A stretch of 64,000 bases of DNA, taken from the sequence record OL856099, one strand, 5' to 3'. The position numbers were made by a program, and so were the translations under genes. Source of the DNA: Shigella phage CWP003. The notes beneath the pieces are model-generated. The model was not told where the DNA came from, did not search any database, and saw only the letters and a list, made by a program, of their open reading frames with translations. Below are positions 9,349 to 18,732 of the stretch, in pieces; the first letter of the stretch is position 1, and each line of letters begins with the position of its first letter.

Positions 9349-10887
9349 GTGATCAGTCAATCTCGTTATATTAAAATTGTATCAGGGGTCGGAGCAGGCG
9401 CGGCTGTTGCAGTTCGCAAACTGTCGCTTCGCGTCATGACTTCTAATACAGTTCTGCCGCCAGGCATTGTAGCAGAATTTTCAACGGCTGATGCTGTTGG
9501 ATCATATTTCGGTTATTCTTCCGAAGAATATAAGCGCGCAGCATTATATTTTGGATTCATCAGCAAGCAAATTAACTCGCCTGATTCAATCAGCTTCTCG
9601 CGTATTGTTTCAACTGCGATTCCAGCAATGGTCATCGGTGATACTGAGCCTAAAGTGCTTGCTACGTTCCAAGCATTCACTGGCGCTATTTTAAGCATCA
9701 CTTATGATGGCACAGACTACCTGACTGACGCAATTAACCTTTCAGCAGCAACAAGTCTGGCGAATGTGGCTGAACTTCTGGAAACGGCAATCAATACTAA
9801 ATTTGCAGCAGAAGGGGGCACGTCGGTGCCTGCACTTGCTGATGCAGAAGTGTATTGGAACGCTAATACTCAGCAGTTCACGCTGGAAGCAGCGCCGTCG
9901 ACCGCTGGCGCAGGCAATCTGTCTATCAACGTCACAGGCCAACCGACCGACCCGTCTCAAGCATTAGGTTGGACCACCACTGGCACCGTAACCGTTGCAG
10001 GCCAGGGCGTTTCAAGTCCGGTAGAAGCCATCGCGGCATCTGTGGAAATCTCCAACAACTTTGGCTCATTCCTTTTTGCTGGGGCTGACCGAACTCTGGA
10101 AGAAATTACCGCTGTGGCAGCGTGGACTCATTCGCAGAATAATATGTACATGTATTTATTCTCGACTTCGTTCGCTAATATCGGGTCATACTACACCGCT
10201 CTGAAAGGGTACTCAGGCGTTGGCATGATGATTCGCGCAACTAACCTTGCAAACGATTACATCGACCAAGCACCTGCTGAAATCCTCGCGGCGACAAACT
10301 ATAATACTGTGAATGCGACTCAAAACTACATGTATTATCAGTTTGATACTCGCAACGTGACTGTTTCAACTGACTCTCGTGCAGACACTGCTGATCAAAA
10401 CCGTGCTAACTACATCGGTGCAACTCAGCAGGCCGGACAAACCTTGGCATTCTTCCAGCGCGGCGTATTGATGGGCGGGTCTACCGCAGCAGTTGACATG
10501 AATACTTATGCCAACGAGATGTGGCTTAAATCTGCTATCACTTCTCAGCTGTTCAGCATGTTCTTGAATCTTGGTCGCGTGCCTGCAAACGAAGAAGGTA
10601 AAGCGACTGTACAAGCAATGATTCAAGTTGCTGTTGACAATGCGAAGGTTAACGGCACCATCTCTGTTGGCAAGGCGCTGACTGAGATTCAGAAACAATA
10701 CATCACGCAAACTTCCGGTGACAGCACTGCTTGGCGGCAGGTTGAAACTATCGGTTACTGGCTGACTGTAGATTTTGATACTGAAACCACTTCCGATGGG
10801 CGCACCGAATACTATGCAACATACACGCTAATCTACTCTAAAGATGATGCTGTGCGTCGCGTTGAAGGTCGTGACGTCCTTATCTAA
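9349..10887 (+). CDS. tail sheath protein
   Basis: GTG start after AAGAGGA; 512 aa; followed by tube gene; resemblance to sheath family recalled from memory, not searched. Confidence 0.55.
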   Translation: MISQSRYIKIVSGVGAGAAVAVRKLSLRVMTSNTVLPPGIVAEFSTADAVGSYFGYSSEEYKRAALYFGFISKQINSPDSISFSRIVSTAIPAMVIGDTEPKVLATFQAFTGAILSITYDGTDYLTDAINLSAATSLANVAELLETAINTKFAAEGGTSVPALADAEVYWNANTQQFTLEAAPSTAGAGNLSINVTGQPTDPSQALGWTTTGTVTVAGQGVSSPVEAIAASVEISNNFGSFLFAGADRTLEEITAVAAWTHSQNNMYMYLFSTSFANIGSYYTALKGYSGVGMMIRATNLANDYIDQAPAEILAATNYNTVNATQNYMYYQFDTRNVTVSTDSRADTADQNRANYIGATQQAGQTLAFFQRGVLMGGSTAAVDMNTYANEMWLKSAITSQLFSMFLNLGRVPANEEGKATVQAMIQVAVDNAKVNGTISVGKALTEIQKQYITQTSGDSTAWRQVETIGYWLTVDFDTETTSDGRTEYYATYTLIYSKDDAVRRVEGRDVLI

Positions 10888-10934
10888 ATAATTGCCGCCG
10901 TAACTGGCGGCCATCTCTCTGAGAGGAATCTGTA

Positions 10935-11402
10935 ATGATTAACGTTTCCGGTTTTGGCGCTTCGATTCGTTTAGTGGCATCAAACACTTTTCCAAATGGT
11001 GTAACTCTTTCTGATTTCGCAGATGATGCTGATCCGATTGACGCGCCTGATCTTCAAATCTCTGAAGCGGCAATGGGATTGAACGGTGACTTGGTAGTCT
11101 GGAACCGTGCCAACCCTCTTGAAGTAGGCGTCAACATCATCCCTACTTCTGAAAGCGATGTAAACTTAGATGTTCTGGCAGCGGCTAACCGTGTAGGCAA
11201 GCGCAAGAACTCTGCGAAAGACGTGATCACCCTTATTCTGACCTACCCTTCTGGCATGGTCATCACACTGAACAAGGGAACTTTGACTACTGGTTCAGTG
11301 ATTCCTGGCATCCAGTCTCAGGGTCGTGTAAAAACACGTCAATATCGCTTTAAGTTTGAGAACGTAGTCAAAACTGGCGTGAGCAACCAAGAGATTTTAT
11401 AA
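10935..11402 (+). CDS. tail tube protein
   Basis: GAGAGGAA RBS; about 155 aa directly after sheath; paralog at 12353. Confidence 0.5.
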   Translation: MINVSGFGASIRLVASNTFPNGVTLSDFADDADPIDAPDLQISEAAMGLNGDLVVWNRANPLEVGVNIIPTSESDVNLDVLAAANRVGKRKNSAKDVITLILTYPSGMVITLNKGTLTTGSVIPGIQSQGRVKTRQYRFKFENVVKTGVSNQEIL

Positions 11403-11731
11403 TGTATCAAATACCACTTGACAGCGTACCTAACCAGAATATCAGCTTTAACGTTGACGGTGCTTATTGGCAGCTGCACATATTCGCCGCAATTGAGCAC
11501 ATGTGCGCAGATGTTTACCGCAATGGCGAATTGTTGATTCAGGGGGTACGTTGTTTTGGTGGTATACCAATGGTGCCTTATAAATATCTCATGATTGGGT
11601 ACGGCAACTTTATTTTTGACAGCGTACCCGATTATGAGCATTTTAACTCTGGCGGCTGTAATTTATATTACATGTCAGAATCTGAGTTGGCTGAATTCCA
11701 GAAAACTGCTGAAGCGGAGTTTGCAATTTGA
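11402..11731 (+). CDS. hypothetical tail protein
   Basis: ATG overlapping upstream stop. Confidence 0.4.
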   Translation: MYQIPLDSVPNQNISFNVDGAYWQLHIFAAIEHMCADVYRNGELLIQGVRCFGGIPMVPYKYLMIGYGNFIFDSVPDYEHFNSGGCNLYYMSESELAEFQKTAEAEFAI

Positions 11732-12084
11732 CAACTCTAACGATTGAAGTTAATGATAACAATGACCTTTTTCTGCCTGATGGAAGAAATTTGAATATTC
11801 TGTCAGGAGAAAAGGCCATGGTACAAGTTATCAAGGCGGCGCATCAAATGCGACTTGGTGAAGACTTGTACGATGTTGAAAACGGAGTCGATTATTTAGG
11901 CACTGTTTTCAAATCGCCCGTTGATGAAGACGGTGCGAGAAAGTCGATTGCAGATGCTATTCTGAAGAAAGCAGACGTTGCCGGAATCGACTCATTGACT
12001 GTCACCATCCAAAACGGTATTCTTGGATTCACCGCTGAAGTGGTGACTATTTATGGCGAACGTATAAAGGTGAGTAATCAATAA
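11728..12084 (+). CDS. hypothetical tail protein
   Basis: start overlaps upstream stop. Confidence 0.4.
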   Translation: MTTLTIEVNDNNDLFLPDGRNLNILSGEKAMVQVIKAAHQMRLGEDLYDVENGVDYLGTVFKSPVDEDGARKSIADAILKKADVAGIDSLTVTIQNGILGFTAEVVTIYGERIKVSNQ

Positions 12085-12350
12085 TGGCACAAGTAATTCA
12101 TTTTGCTAATGGCGTCATGAAATTTGGCGAAAAATTTGAAGACGCATCGGAATTATTCAAAAAGACTTCAAACCCTGTTGCGGAGAAGAAAGAACAGGTT
12201 GAAGAGAAGGCAGTAGAATCGAAAGTTGATTTCGATTCAATGAGCGTCTCTGAATTGAAGGCTTATGCAAAGGAACATGAGATTGACATTAAAGGTCTTT
12301 CTTATAAGGATGAAATTCTTGCAGCAGTTAAATCTGCATCTGCGGAGTAA
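12084..12350 (+). CDS. small protein with C-terminal HeH/SAP-like (Rho-N-like) motif
   Basis: C-terminal MSVSELKAYAKEHEIDIKGLSYKDEILAAVKSA resembles helix-extension-helix nucleic-acid-binding motifs. Confidence 0.4.
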   Translation: MAQVIHFANGVMKFGEKFEDASELFKKTSNPVAEKKEQVEEKAVESKVDFDSMSVSELKAYAKEHEIDIKGLSYKDEILAAVKSASAE

Positions 12351-12352
12351 AC

Positions 12353-12850
12353 ATGGTCAATATTAGTGGATTTGGCACAAGCATTAGAATTGTCGCTCTC
12401 CAATCTTTTCCTGTTGGGCTGAATATCAGTTCTTTGTCTGATGACCAGGATTCGCTAATTATTGAGGAAGTTGAATCAGTAGGCTATCAACTTACTTATG
12501 ACGGCGGCATTTGTATTTATGACAAGGCCGCCGTCGTTCGCGTATCCATTGCAGTGATCCCAAACACTGAAGACGACATAAACCTAAAGCTTTTGCTTTC
12601 CGCTCGTAAAGGCGGATTCAAGTGGCTTCCTATACAGGATGTCACATCAATGCTTATTACATATCCTGATGGCGGCAGAGTAGCATTTTCGAACGGGACC
12701 ATCATCAGCGGTCCGCTTGGCGACTCCATTGAGCAATCAGGTCGTCGCAAGACAAACAGATACACATTCGTGTTTGCCAGCTACGGCGGCGCACAGAGTA
12801 CATCGCAAATTGCAAAAGGCGTGGTGCAGAGCATATTGGGGTCAATTTAA
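12353..12850 (+). CDS. tail tube protein paralog
   Basis: N-terminus MVNISGFGTSIRIVA aligns with MINVSGFGASIRLVA of 10935 gene; shared ITYP(D/S)G and NRY/RQY segments. Confidence 0.5.
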   Translation: MVNISGFGTSIRIVALQSFPVGLNISSLSDDQDSLIIEEVESVGYQLTYDGGICIYDKAAVVRVSIAVIPNTEDDINLKLLLSARKGGFKWLPIQDVTSMLITYPDGGRVAFSNGTIISGPLGDSIEQSGRRKTNRYTFVFASYGGAQSTSQIAKGVVQSILGSI

Positions 12851-13383
12851 TGGCTATCGATTTATTGTCATATAGTCTTTCAAACAGAAGCTTCAAAATA
12901 AGAAGCTTCAACCTTGGGGAAGTGTCAACGCTTGGTTGGGCTATTGTTAACGTAAAAATAAGACTCCAAGCAAAGATATTCAAAAACCAAAGGGAAGACG
13001 GAAGCTATATCGTCGATGGCAGAGTCAAAATGCCTAGAATATTGACTGTGACTGTAATAGCACAGACAAAAAGCGCGTCCGACGCAATCACAAAGATGTT
13101 GCAGAACAGGTCCACGATATACACAATAAATTCTCGTGGGCTAATATTTGAACGTATGGTGCTGCAAAATAACAATTTCAGCCAAGATGCTGACAATATA
13201 ACTTCACAACCCATACAACTGGTATTCCACGAAATATTAACACAGCAGGATGTGTCTATTCAAACAGCGCAAGCAGCCGACTCAACTGTCATCGAGCGCG
13301 GCATAGCTTATATAAAAGAAACCACTGCCAGCGTCACTGGCGTTGCAACAAAGGTGATGAATGGCATCAAGGGGATGTTCTGA
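12850..13383 (+). CDS. hypothetical tail protein
   Basis: ATG overlaps upstream stop. Confidence 0.4.
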   Translation: MAIDLLSYSLSNRSFKIRSFNLGEVSTLGWAIVNVKIRLQAKIFKNQREDGSYIVDGRVKMPRILTVTVIAQTKSASDAITKMLQNRSTIYTINSRGLIFERMVLQNNNFSQDADNITSQPIQLVFHEILTQQDVSIQTAQAADSTVIERGIAYIKETTASVTGVATKVMNGIKGMF

Positions 13384-13943
13384 TGGACTTTGTTTCGATT
13401 CTGCTCTCTGGTCAATCTTTGACCATAACGAATGAGTCAACAGGGATTTCTGTATGGACAAAGCTTTCTCCAGTATCTGCAGAAATAACATCACCAGCAG
13501 AAACCACTCAATTTCCACTTGCTGGAACGGCAATGCAGGTGGTGGAAGTATCAAGCACATCCTCAGTAAGCAATCTACAGGCGGCAAAAGTAATAATGCC
13601 AGCGCACATGGCGCTAAACGTAATTTGCAACGACCAATCGACTATTGAAAACATAATTAATACATTCGACAATGATGAAGTTACATTTTCAATAACTTCT
13701 CGAAGCATAATTGCAAGCAAAATGTCGATGTCTGATGTTGAAATAACTCAGTCAGAAGAAAACCTGAATGGAGTCTCAATTGTAATAACATTTGAACAGA
13801 CGTCATTTAGTATTCAAGGAAGCTTTGACCCTAAACAGTCCGCAGATGAATCGTCAAATGGCGTTGCCATTAAAGAGCCAGTCAGTTTGACTACAACTGT
13901 GAGTTCGTTATATAATAAAATAAAATCAACAGTAGGAATATAA
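13383..13943 (+). CDS. hypothetical tail protein
   Basis: ATG overlaps upstream stop. Confidence 0.4.
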   Translation: MDFVSILLSGQSLTITNESTGISVWTKLSPVSAEITSPAETTQFPLAGTAMQVVEVSSTSSVSNLQAAKVIMPAHMALNVICNDQSTIENIINTFDNDEVTFSITSRSIIASKMSMSDVEITQSEENLNGVSIVITFEQTSFSIQGSFDPKQSADESSNGVAIKEPVSLTTTVSSLYNKIKSTVGI

Positions 13944-13944
13944 A

Positions 13945-14361
13945 ATGAAGATCACCAATAAACAAACTGGTCGTAAAGTAGAAATTAAAATCAGCAAAAT
14001 GACTGCGATGGAAGGTTGGAACATACAGCGCCGATTCATCGAATTTGCAATGTCAAAAGACCCTGCATTTCGTTCAGAATACACAATGGAAGTATTAAGC
14101 TTTGCAAAGGTTGAACTTGATGTAGGGCAAGAAATTCCTCTGAGCACTGGCGCACTTATTGACAACCATCTTGGCGACTGGGAAAACTTGAAATTGGTTT
14201 TCGAAGCGGTGTTGATGGAAAACGGAATAAACCCAGAGACTCATGCTGAACGTGAAGGATACTGGGAACAAGCTGGCGGCGAAATGGCTGCAGCATTCAT
14301 TGGCGAATCGATGCGATTAATCGCGCCATTCCTCAGCGGCGAGACTCCAAACAAGGGGTAA
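13945..14361 (+). CDS. possible tail assembly chaperone
   Basis: position immediately upstream of tape measure gene; no frameshift site identified. Confidence 0.35.
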   Translation: MKITNKQTGRKVEIKISKMTAMEGWNIQRRFIEFAMSKDPAFRSEYTMEVLSFAKVELDVGQEIPLSTGALIDNHLGDWENLKLVFEAVLMENGINPETHAEREGYWEQAGGEMAAAFIGESMRLIAPFLSGETPNKG

Positions 14362-14364
14362 ACT

Positions 14365-16545
14365 GTGTCTGACTCATTAGAAAAATTTGTTCTTCAATAT
14401 ACGGTGGACTTGAAAGAGTCCATCAATCGTCTTGAGCAATTGCAAGATAAGGTTGATCAGACAAATAAAAAGGCAAAGTCCGCTGGCAAAGACTTCACCG
14501 GAGCATTCAAAGATGTGTTCGGTGAGCTGAAGCCTCTCACAGCTGAACTGGGGTCTATTGACGGAATCCTTGCGCGGCTTACTTATCGCTTTGCCGCGCT
14601 CGTCCCTGTTGTCGCAGGATTGGCTGTCGTAGTCAAATCTATCGTTGATGTTCGAAAAGAATACGAAGCGCAAAGGAAGCTTGGATTTGAAGCAGGTCTT
14701 TCACCAATTGGCGTAGAGCAATTACAGCGGCAATTGAATGAAAGTTCAGGCGGAGTTCTTGGTGCGCAAGGGTCAAGGGATTTAATCAGCAAGGCTTCTA
14801 ATCTCGCATTCAATGCATACACCAACCCCGATGTGATGAACAAGGATAACTTGCTGCTGAACAAGATGGGGACCAGTCCTTTCAACAGTAACGGCGGCAT
14901 CAAAGACACAAACCAGCTGCTTGATGAAATTGGCACAAAGCTGAGAAGTGTGAATGAGCAAACCGCTCGTGCTATTGGTGCTCTGGCAGGTTTTACCGCC
15001 GATGAAGTCCGTGCGCTTCGTGAGCGAAATCAATCAGTCAAAGAAAGCACCCGTATAAGCGACGAAGAAACGGCGAAGCTGCAAAGACAGCAGGCTGCGC
15101 TTGAAACGATACGAAACAGCATGGGCCAAATTCAAGAAGACTGGCGACGCATTGAACTGGTAATCGGCGAGAACGTGATGCCAGCATTCTCGACGCTTGT
15201 CAGCAAGACTGCCGATACAGTCGAAGGATTCCAGATGATGTTCCAAAGAATGTCTGATGGATGGTCTGAATTTGTCGACAATTTCATCGCTGACTTGAAG
15301 CACCCGTTTGATAAACAGGCGGCTGTCAACGAGCGCCACGAGCGTGCCGTTGACAGATGGATCACACAGATGGCAGACGGCGATGTGAAACGTCAGAGGA
15401 ACCAGGAGCAAAACGCGGCTGAACAACGCTCTGCGCAAGCACTTTTCACTCGCGACATCAACCTGTTTTCAAGCGCCGTTTCAACCTTTGCTGGTGTTAT
15501 TGATGAGCGACAAGCGTGGGCTGCATGGGCTGGTGAGATAGGACGAAGCGCAGGCCAATCCGCAATGCCTGGAACGCCAGCACTAAGCACTGGTGCGACC
15601 GTAGGTAACAACTTGGGGTCAGGCAATCCGACTGCATATGACTCAATCTATGAGGAAGCATCCAAGCGTTATGGAATCCCTGTTGCGATGATGAAGGCCG
15701 TAACAGAAGTCGAATCTGGATTCAACCCAAATGCCGTAAGCGGAGCAGGCGCGACCGGACTGATGCAAATAATGCCTTCCAACTTCAAGGGTCTTGGCAT
15801 CACAGACGGTAACGACCCAAGACAAAACATTATGGGCGGCGCTCAACTTCTCAAGGAATATTTAACTGCTGCCAATGGCGATTGGAATCTTGCTCTGACG
15901 ATGTATCACGGCGGATACGACCGCAGCGGATGGGGAAAGAACACCCGTGCATATCCTGGCAAGGTCATGGCTGCTCTCGAACGACAGGCGAATGGAGAAT
16001 ACGCCACGGGAGCGCCGCAAGGTGCACCAGTTACTCCAGTGCTTAGCGGTAGCGGAGCAGAAGCGCCGAAAGGAAGCTATGCACCAGTACAAGGCCAATC
16101 CCGCCAAACGGTGCAATACAGACAGTTGCAAGAAGCCATTGCAGGATACCTAAACGTGCCAGTTGAGCAGCTGATGCAAGGGCAAGTTAACAAAGGTGAT
16201 ATTGACTTTGCTCAAACTTACCTTAAACTTGGAACGCAAAGGGATTATATTAAAAACATGCAGCTGGCTTCAACTCCAGGTGTAAGACCGAACATTCAGG
16301 CCGAAGCGATGAAGAATGCTCGTCTTGCGGCATTCCAGCTTGAGGCGTTCCAGAAATACGGCGGCGACCTCTCCGCGAATAGTCGACCTGGTGGGCGTGA
16401 TATTACTATGGGTCAGAAAAACGTTGTCATCAACGTCAACGGCGCTCAAGACCCACGAAGCACGGCTATTGAGACTAAGCGCGTGCTTGAACAAGATGAT
16501 ATCAACGACATAAACAACCTTACTGCTACACCTTTGAAGTGGTGA
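14365..16545 (+). CDS. tail tape measure protein with lytic transglycosylase (SLT-like) domain
   Basis: GTG start; helical N-terminal region; segment YGIPVAMMKAVTEVESGFNPNAVSGAGATGLMQIMPSNF typical of lytic transglycosylases. Confidence 0.6.
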   Translation: MSDSLEKFVLQYTVDLKESINRLEQLQDKVDQTNKKAKSAGKDFTGAFKDVFGELKPLTAELGSIDGILARLTYRFAALVPVVAGLAVVVKSIVDVRKEYEAQRKLGFEAGLSPIGVEQLQRQLNESSGGVLGAQGSRDLISKASNLAFNAYTNPDVMNKDNLLLNKMGTSPFNSNGGIKDTNQLLDEIGTKLRSVNEQTARAIGALAGFTADEVRALRERNQSVKESTRISDEETAKLQRQQAALETIRNSMGQIQEDWRRIELVIGENVMPAFSTLVSKTADTVEGFQMMFQRMSDGWSEFVDNFIADLKHPFDKQAAVNERHERAVDRWITQMADGDVKRQRNQEQNAAEQRSAQALFTRDINLFSSAVSTFAGVIDERQAWAAWAGEIGRSAGQSAMPGTPALSTGATVGNNLGSGNPTAYDSIYEEASKRYGIPVAMMKAVTEVESGFNPNAVSGAGATGLMQIMPSNFKGLGITDGNDPRQNIMGGAQLLKEYLTAANGDWNLALTMYHGGYDRSGWGKNTRAYPGKVMAALERQANGEYATGAPQGAPVTPVLSGSGAEAPKGSYAPVQGQSRQTVQYRQLQEAIAGYLNVPVEQLMQGQVNKGDIDFAQTYLKLGTQRDYIKNMQLASTPGVRPNIQAEAMKNARLAAFQLEAFQKYGGDLSANSRPGGRDITMGQKNVVINVNGAQDPRSTAIETKRVLEQDDINDINNLTATPLKW

Positions 16546-16549
16546 TCAT

Positions 16550-17422
16550 TTGAAAAAGAGAATCCTTAAAGTCACCTTATCCATGCCGGATGGCACAAGC
16601 CAAGTTCTTGATGAAGGATTGATGCTCAGATGCCGAATCAAAAAGGCAGCACTTTCCGTTCAGAATAAGGCCACGATTGAAGTCGCAGGATTGACAGGGT
16701 ACTTGAGAGAGTACCTGCTTTCCAACTTCACGGCATTCAACAAACGTCTGCGTGATCAAGGTCAGTTGGCGGCGAACTATGTTAACGTGACTATTGAAGC
16801 TGGATACAGAGAGGGGAGCGTAATCAGCAGCAACTTGGTATACAAGGGACAGGTGACGACGGTGGAGATAACAGCGCCGCCGCCGAATATCGTCATCAGA
16901 ATCACGTGTTACACAAACCAAATAAACAGAACGAAGTTCATAACTCAAGCCGCGCCATCCAACCCGACTTTCAAAGAGTTTGTGGAATGGTCTGCAAAAC
17001 AAATGGACATCGATACTGTTATTTGTGATACGTCGATTAACAATCAGCGACTTGTGAATCCAGGAAGGACGACATATGTTGCTGCTGCGCTGCTGCTTGA
17101 GATCCAGAACTATCAACGCAACTCCATCGCGGCATACATTGATGACGATACGTTAATTGTTAAGGATAAAGACAAAATTCTAAATCCAGACCAGATTACA
17201 GTCATTGAGGAATTTGTCGGAATACCGATGTGGAACGAGTGGGGTGCAGACTTCACTTGTATGTATAACGCAGATTTGAAGCTTGCACAAGGTGTTAAAT
17301 TCAAATCAGTCTTAAACCCAAGCTTGAACGACACCACATTTGTCATCATGCAACTTGAATATGATTTAGCAAGTCGTGATGATATATTTACGGTGACGGG
17401 CGGCGTTGCACCATCGGCATAA
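16550..17422 (+). CDS. tail / baseplate hub-region protein
   Basis: apparent TTG start after GGTGA; follows tape measure. Confidence 0.4.
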   Translation: MKKRILKVTLSMPDGTSQVLDEGLMLRCRIKKAALSVQNKATIEVAGLTGYLREYLLSNFTAFNKRLRDQGQLAANYVNVTIEAGYREGSVISSNLVYKGQVTTVEITAPPPNIVIRITCYTNQINRTKFITQAAPSNPTFKEFVEWSAKQMDIDTVICDTSINNQRLVNPGRTTYVAAALLLEIQNYQRNSIAAYIDDDTLIVKDKDKILNPDQITVIEEFVGIPMWNEWGADFTCMYNADLKLAQGVKFKSVLNPSLNDTTFVIMQLEYDLASRDDIFTVTGGVAPSA

Positions 17423-17424
17423 AT

Positions 17425-17946
17425 ATGAGAAAGAATAAAGTAATTGACTTGTTTGGCGTTACTTATGAAATTCATCAATTCAGCGCAATAGATGCATTCG
17501 AAATGGTGGACGACATAAGCATATTAACTCCACTTGAATTATTGAGTGAATGTTATGTCATCAAATATGACGGGTCCAAAGTAAGGCTTAATTCTGAAAA
17601 AGTAATTAGTGAGGAAGTGAAAAGCATACCTAATCACTTGCCGCCTAATCTTGTGTTGAAAGTATTAATGGAAGCCGTTAAAAAGCACAACTTTGGATTC
17701 CTTAGCGATTGGAAAGGCACCAAGATTCCAAATAGATTCTTGGCGGATGCACCGACAGTAGAGCCTAATTATCTTGAGCCAATGGTTGCAAGTCTAATAA
17801 ATAACGGCCTTGCCTCTTTAAAGGAGTTGGAAGAATACTATTCATTGCGTGATGCATTTGCCATGTTTGATGGTTTAATAGCAAAATCACTTAATGAAGC
17901 CTACTCAAACGAAGCTGCCATTAAAGAATCAAAGTCAAATCGCTAA
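17425..17946 (+). CDS. hypothetical baseplate protein
   Basis: ATG 3 nt after upstream stop. Confidence 0.4.
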   Translation: MRKNKVIDLFGVTYEIHQFSAIDAFEMVDDISILTPLELLSECYVIKYDGSKVRLNSEKVISEEVKSIPNHLPPNLVLKVLMEAVKKHNFGFLSDWKGTKIPNRFLADAPTVEPNYLEPMVASLINNGLASLKELEEYYSLRDAFAMFDGLIAKSLNEAYSNEAAIKESKSNR

Positions 17947-17956
17947 AATATTGCTT

Positions 17957-18005
17957 ATAGACTCCTTATAGATTATAATTTGTTGATCAGATATAAGGAG
18001 TCTAT
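17957..18005 (+). promoter_or_regulatory. 14-bp inverted repeat enclosing the RBS and start codon of the 18004 gene
   Basis: ATAGACTCCTTATA 17957-17970 pairs with TATAAGGAGTCTAT 17992-18005; loop contains TATAAT. Confidence 0.35.
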
Positions 18006-18732
18006 GATGGCAGAAAAGTTAACCCAACTTACAAGCCCCAACCAAACTGACAAATCAAGTATGTTTGCCGCGCTTCAGGGAATGCTGGACCGTGGCAAGT
18101 ATACCACTGATGGTATGATTCCTGCGCAAGTAATATCTTATGACCGCAAGAAAAATTTAGCAGTCATAAAACCTGTTATTCATTTCGTAAGTCTTGATGA
18201 TAAGCCAGTGGAGCGTCAACCTTTGGTGTCAATTCCGGTACTGGCAATCGGCGGCGGCGGATTCGTGATCAACTTCCCTTTGAAGGAAGGGGACTTGGGC
18301 TGGATATTCGCTGGCGACCGCGAGTTGTCGACATTCCTTGAAGAATTGAAGCCGACTGCGCCTACCAATGGCCGTGTAAAAACTTTCGCTGATGGACTGT
18401 TCATACCGGATGTATTCCGAAAATACACCATAAGCGGAGAGGATGCAGGGTCAATGGTAATTCAATCCCTCAGCGGCGCTGTGAGAATTGCACTAAGCGA
18501 TGACTCAATAAACATAACTGCGTCTGCTGGAGTAAACGTCAAGACCCCGATAACCACTATCGATCAACAATTGATAGTAAATGGAAAGGCAACATTCAAT
18601 GGTGGGATAGAAGGCAAAGAAGGAACGACGGCAACGCTTCCGACTGGTACAACGGTCGGCGGCATTGATGTATCCACTCACGGGCATATCGGTAACGGGC
18701 CTGGAAACAGAACTGGGAATATGATAGAATGA
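18004..18732 (+). CDS. baseplate spike / gpV-like protein
   Basis: AAGGAG RBS before ATGATG; Gly-rich GGGGF segment; position before J-like gene. Confidence 0.4.
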   Translation: MMAEKLTQLTSPNQTDKSSMFAALQGMLDRGKYTTDGMIPAQVISYDRKKNLAVIKPVIHFVSLDDKPVERQPLVSIPVLAIGGGGFVINFPLKEGDLGWIFAGDRELSTFLEELKPTAPTNGRVKTFADGLFIPDVFRKYTISGEDAGSMVIQSLSGAVRIALSDDSINITASAGVNVKTPITTIDQQLIVNGKATFNGGIEGKEGTTATLPTGTTVGGIDVSTHGHIGNGPGNRTGNMIE

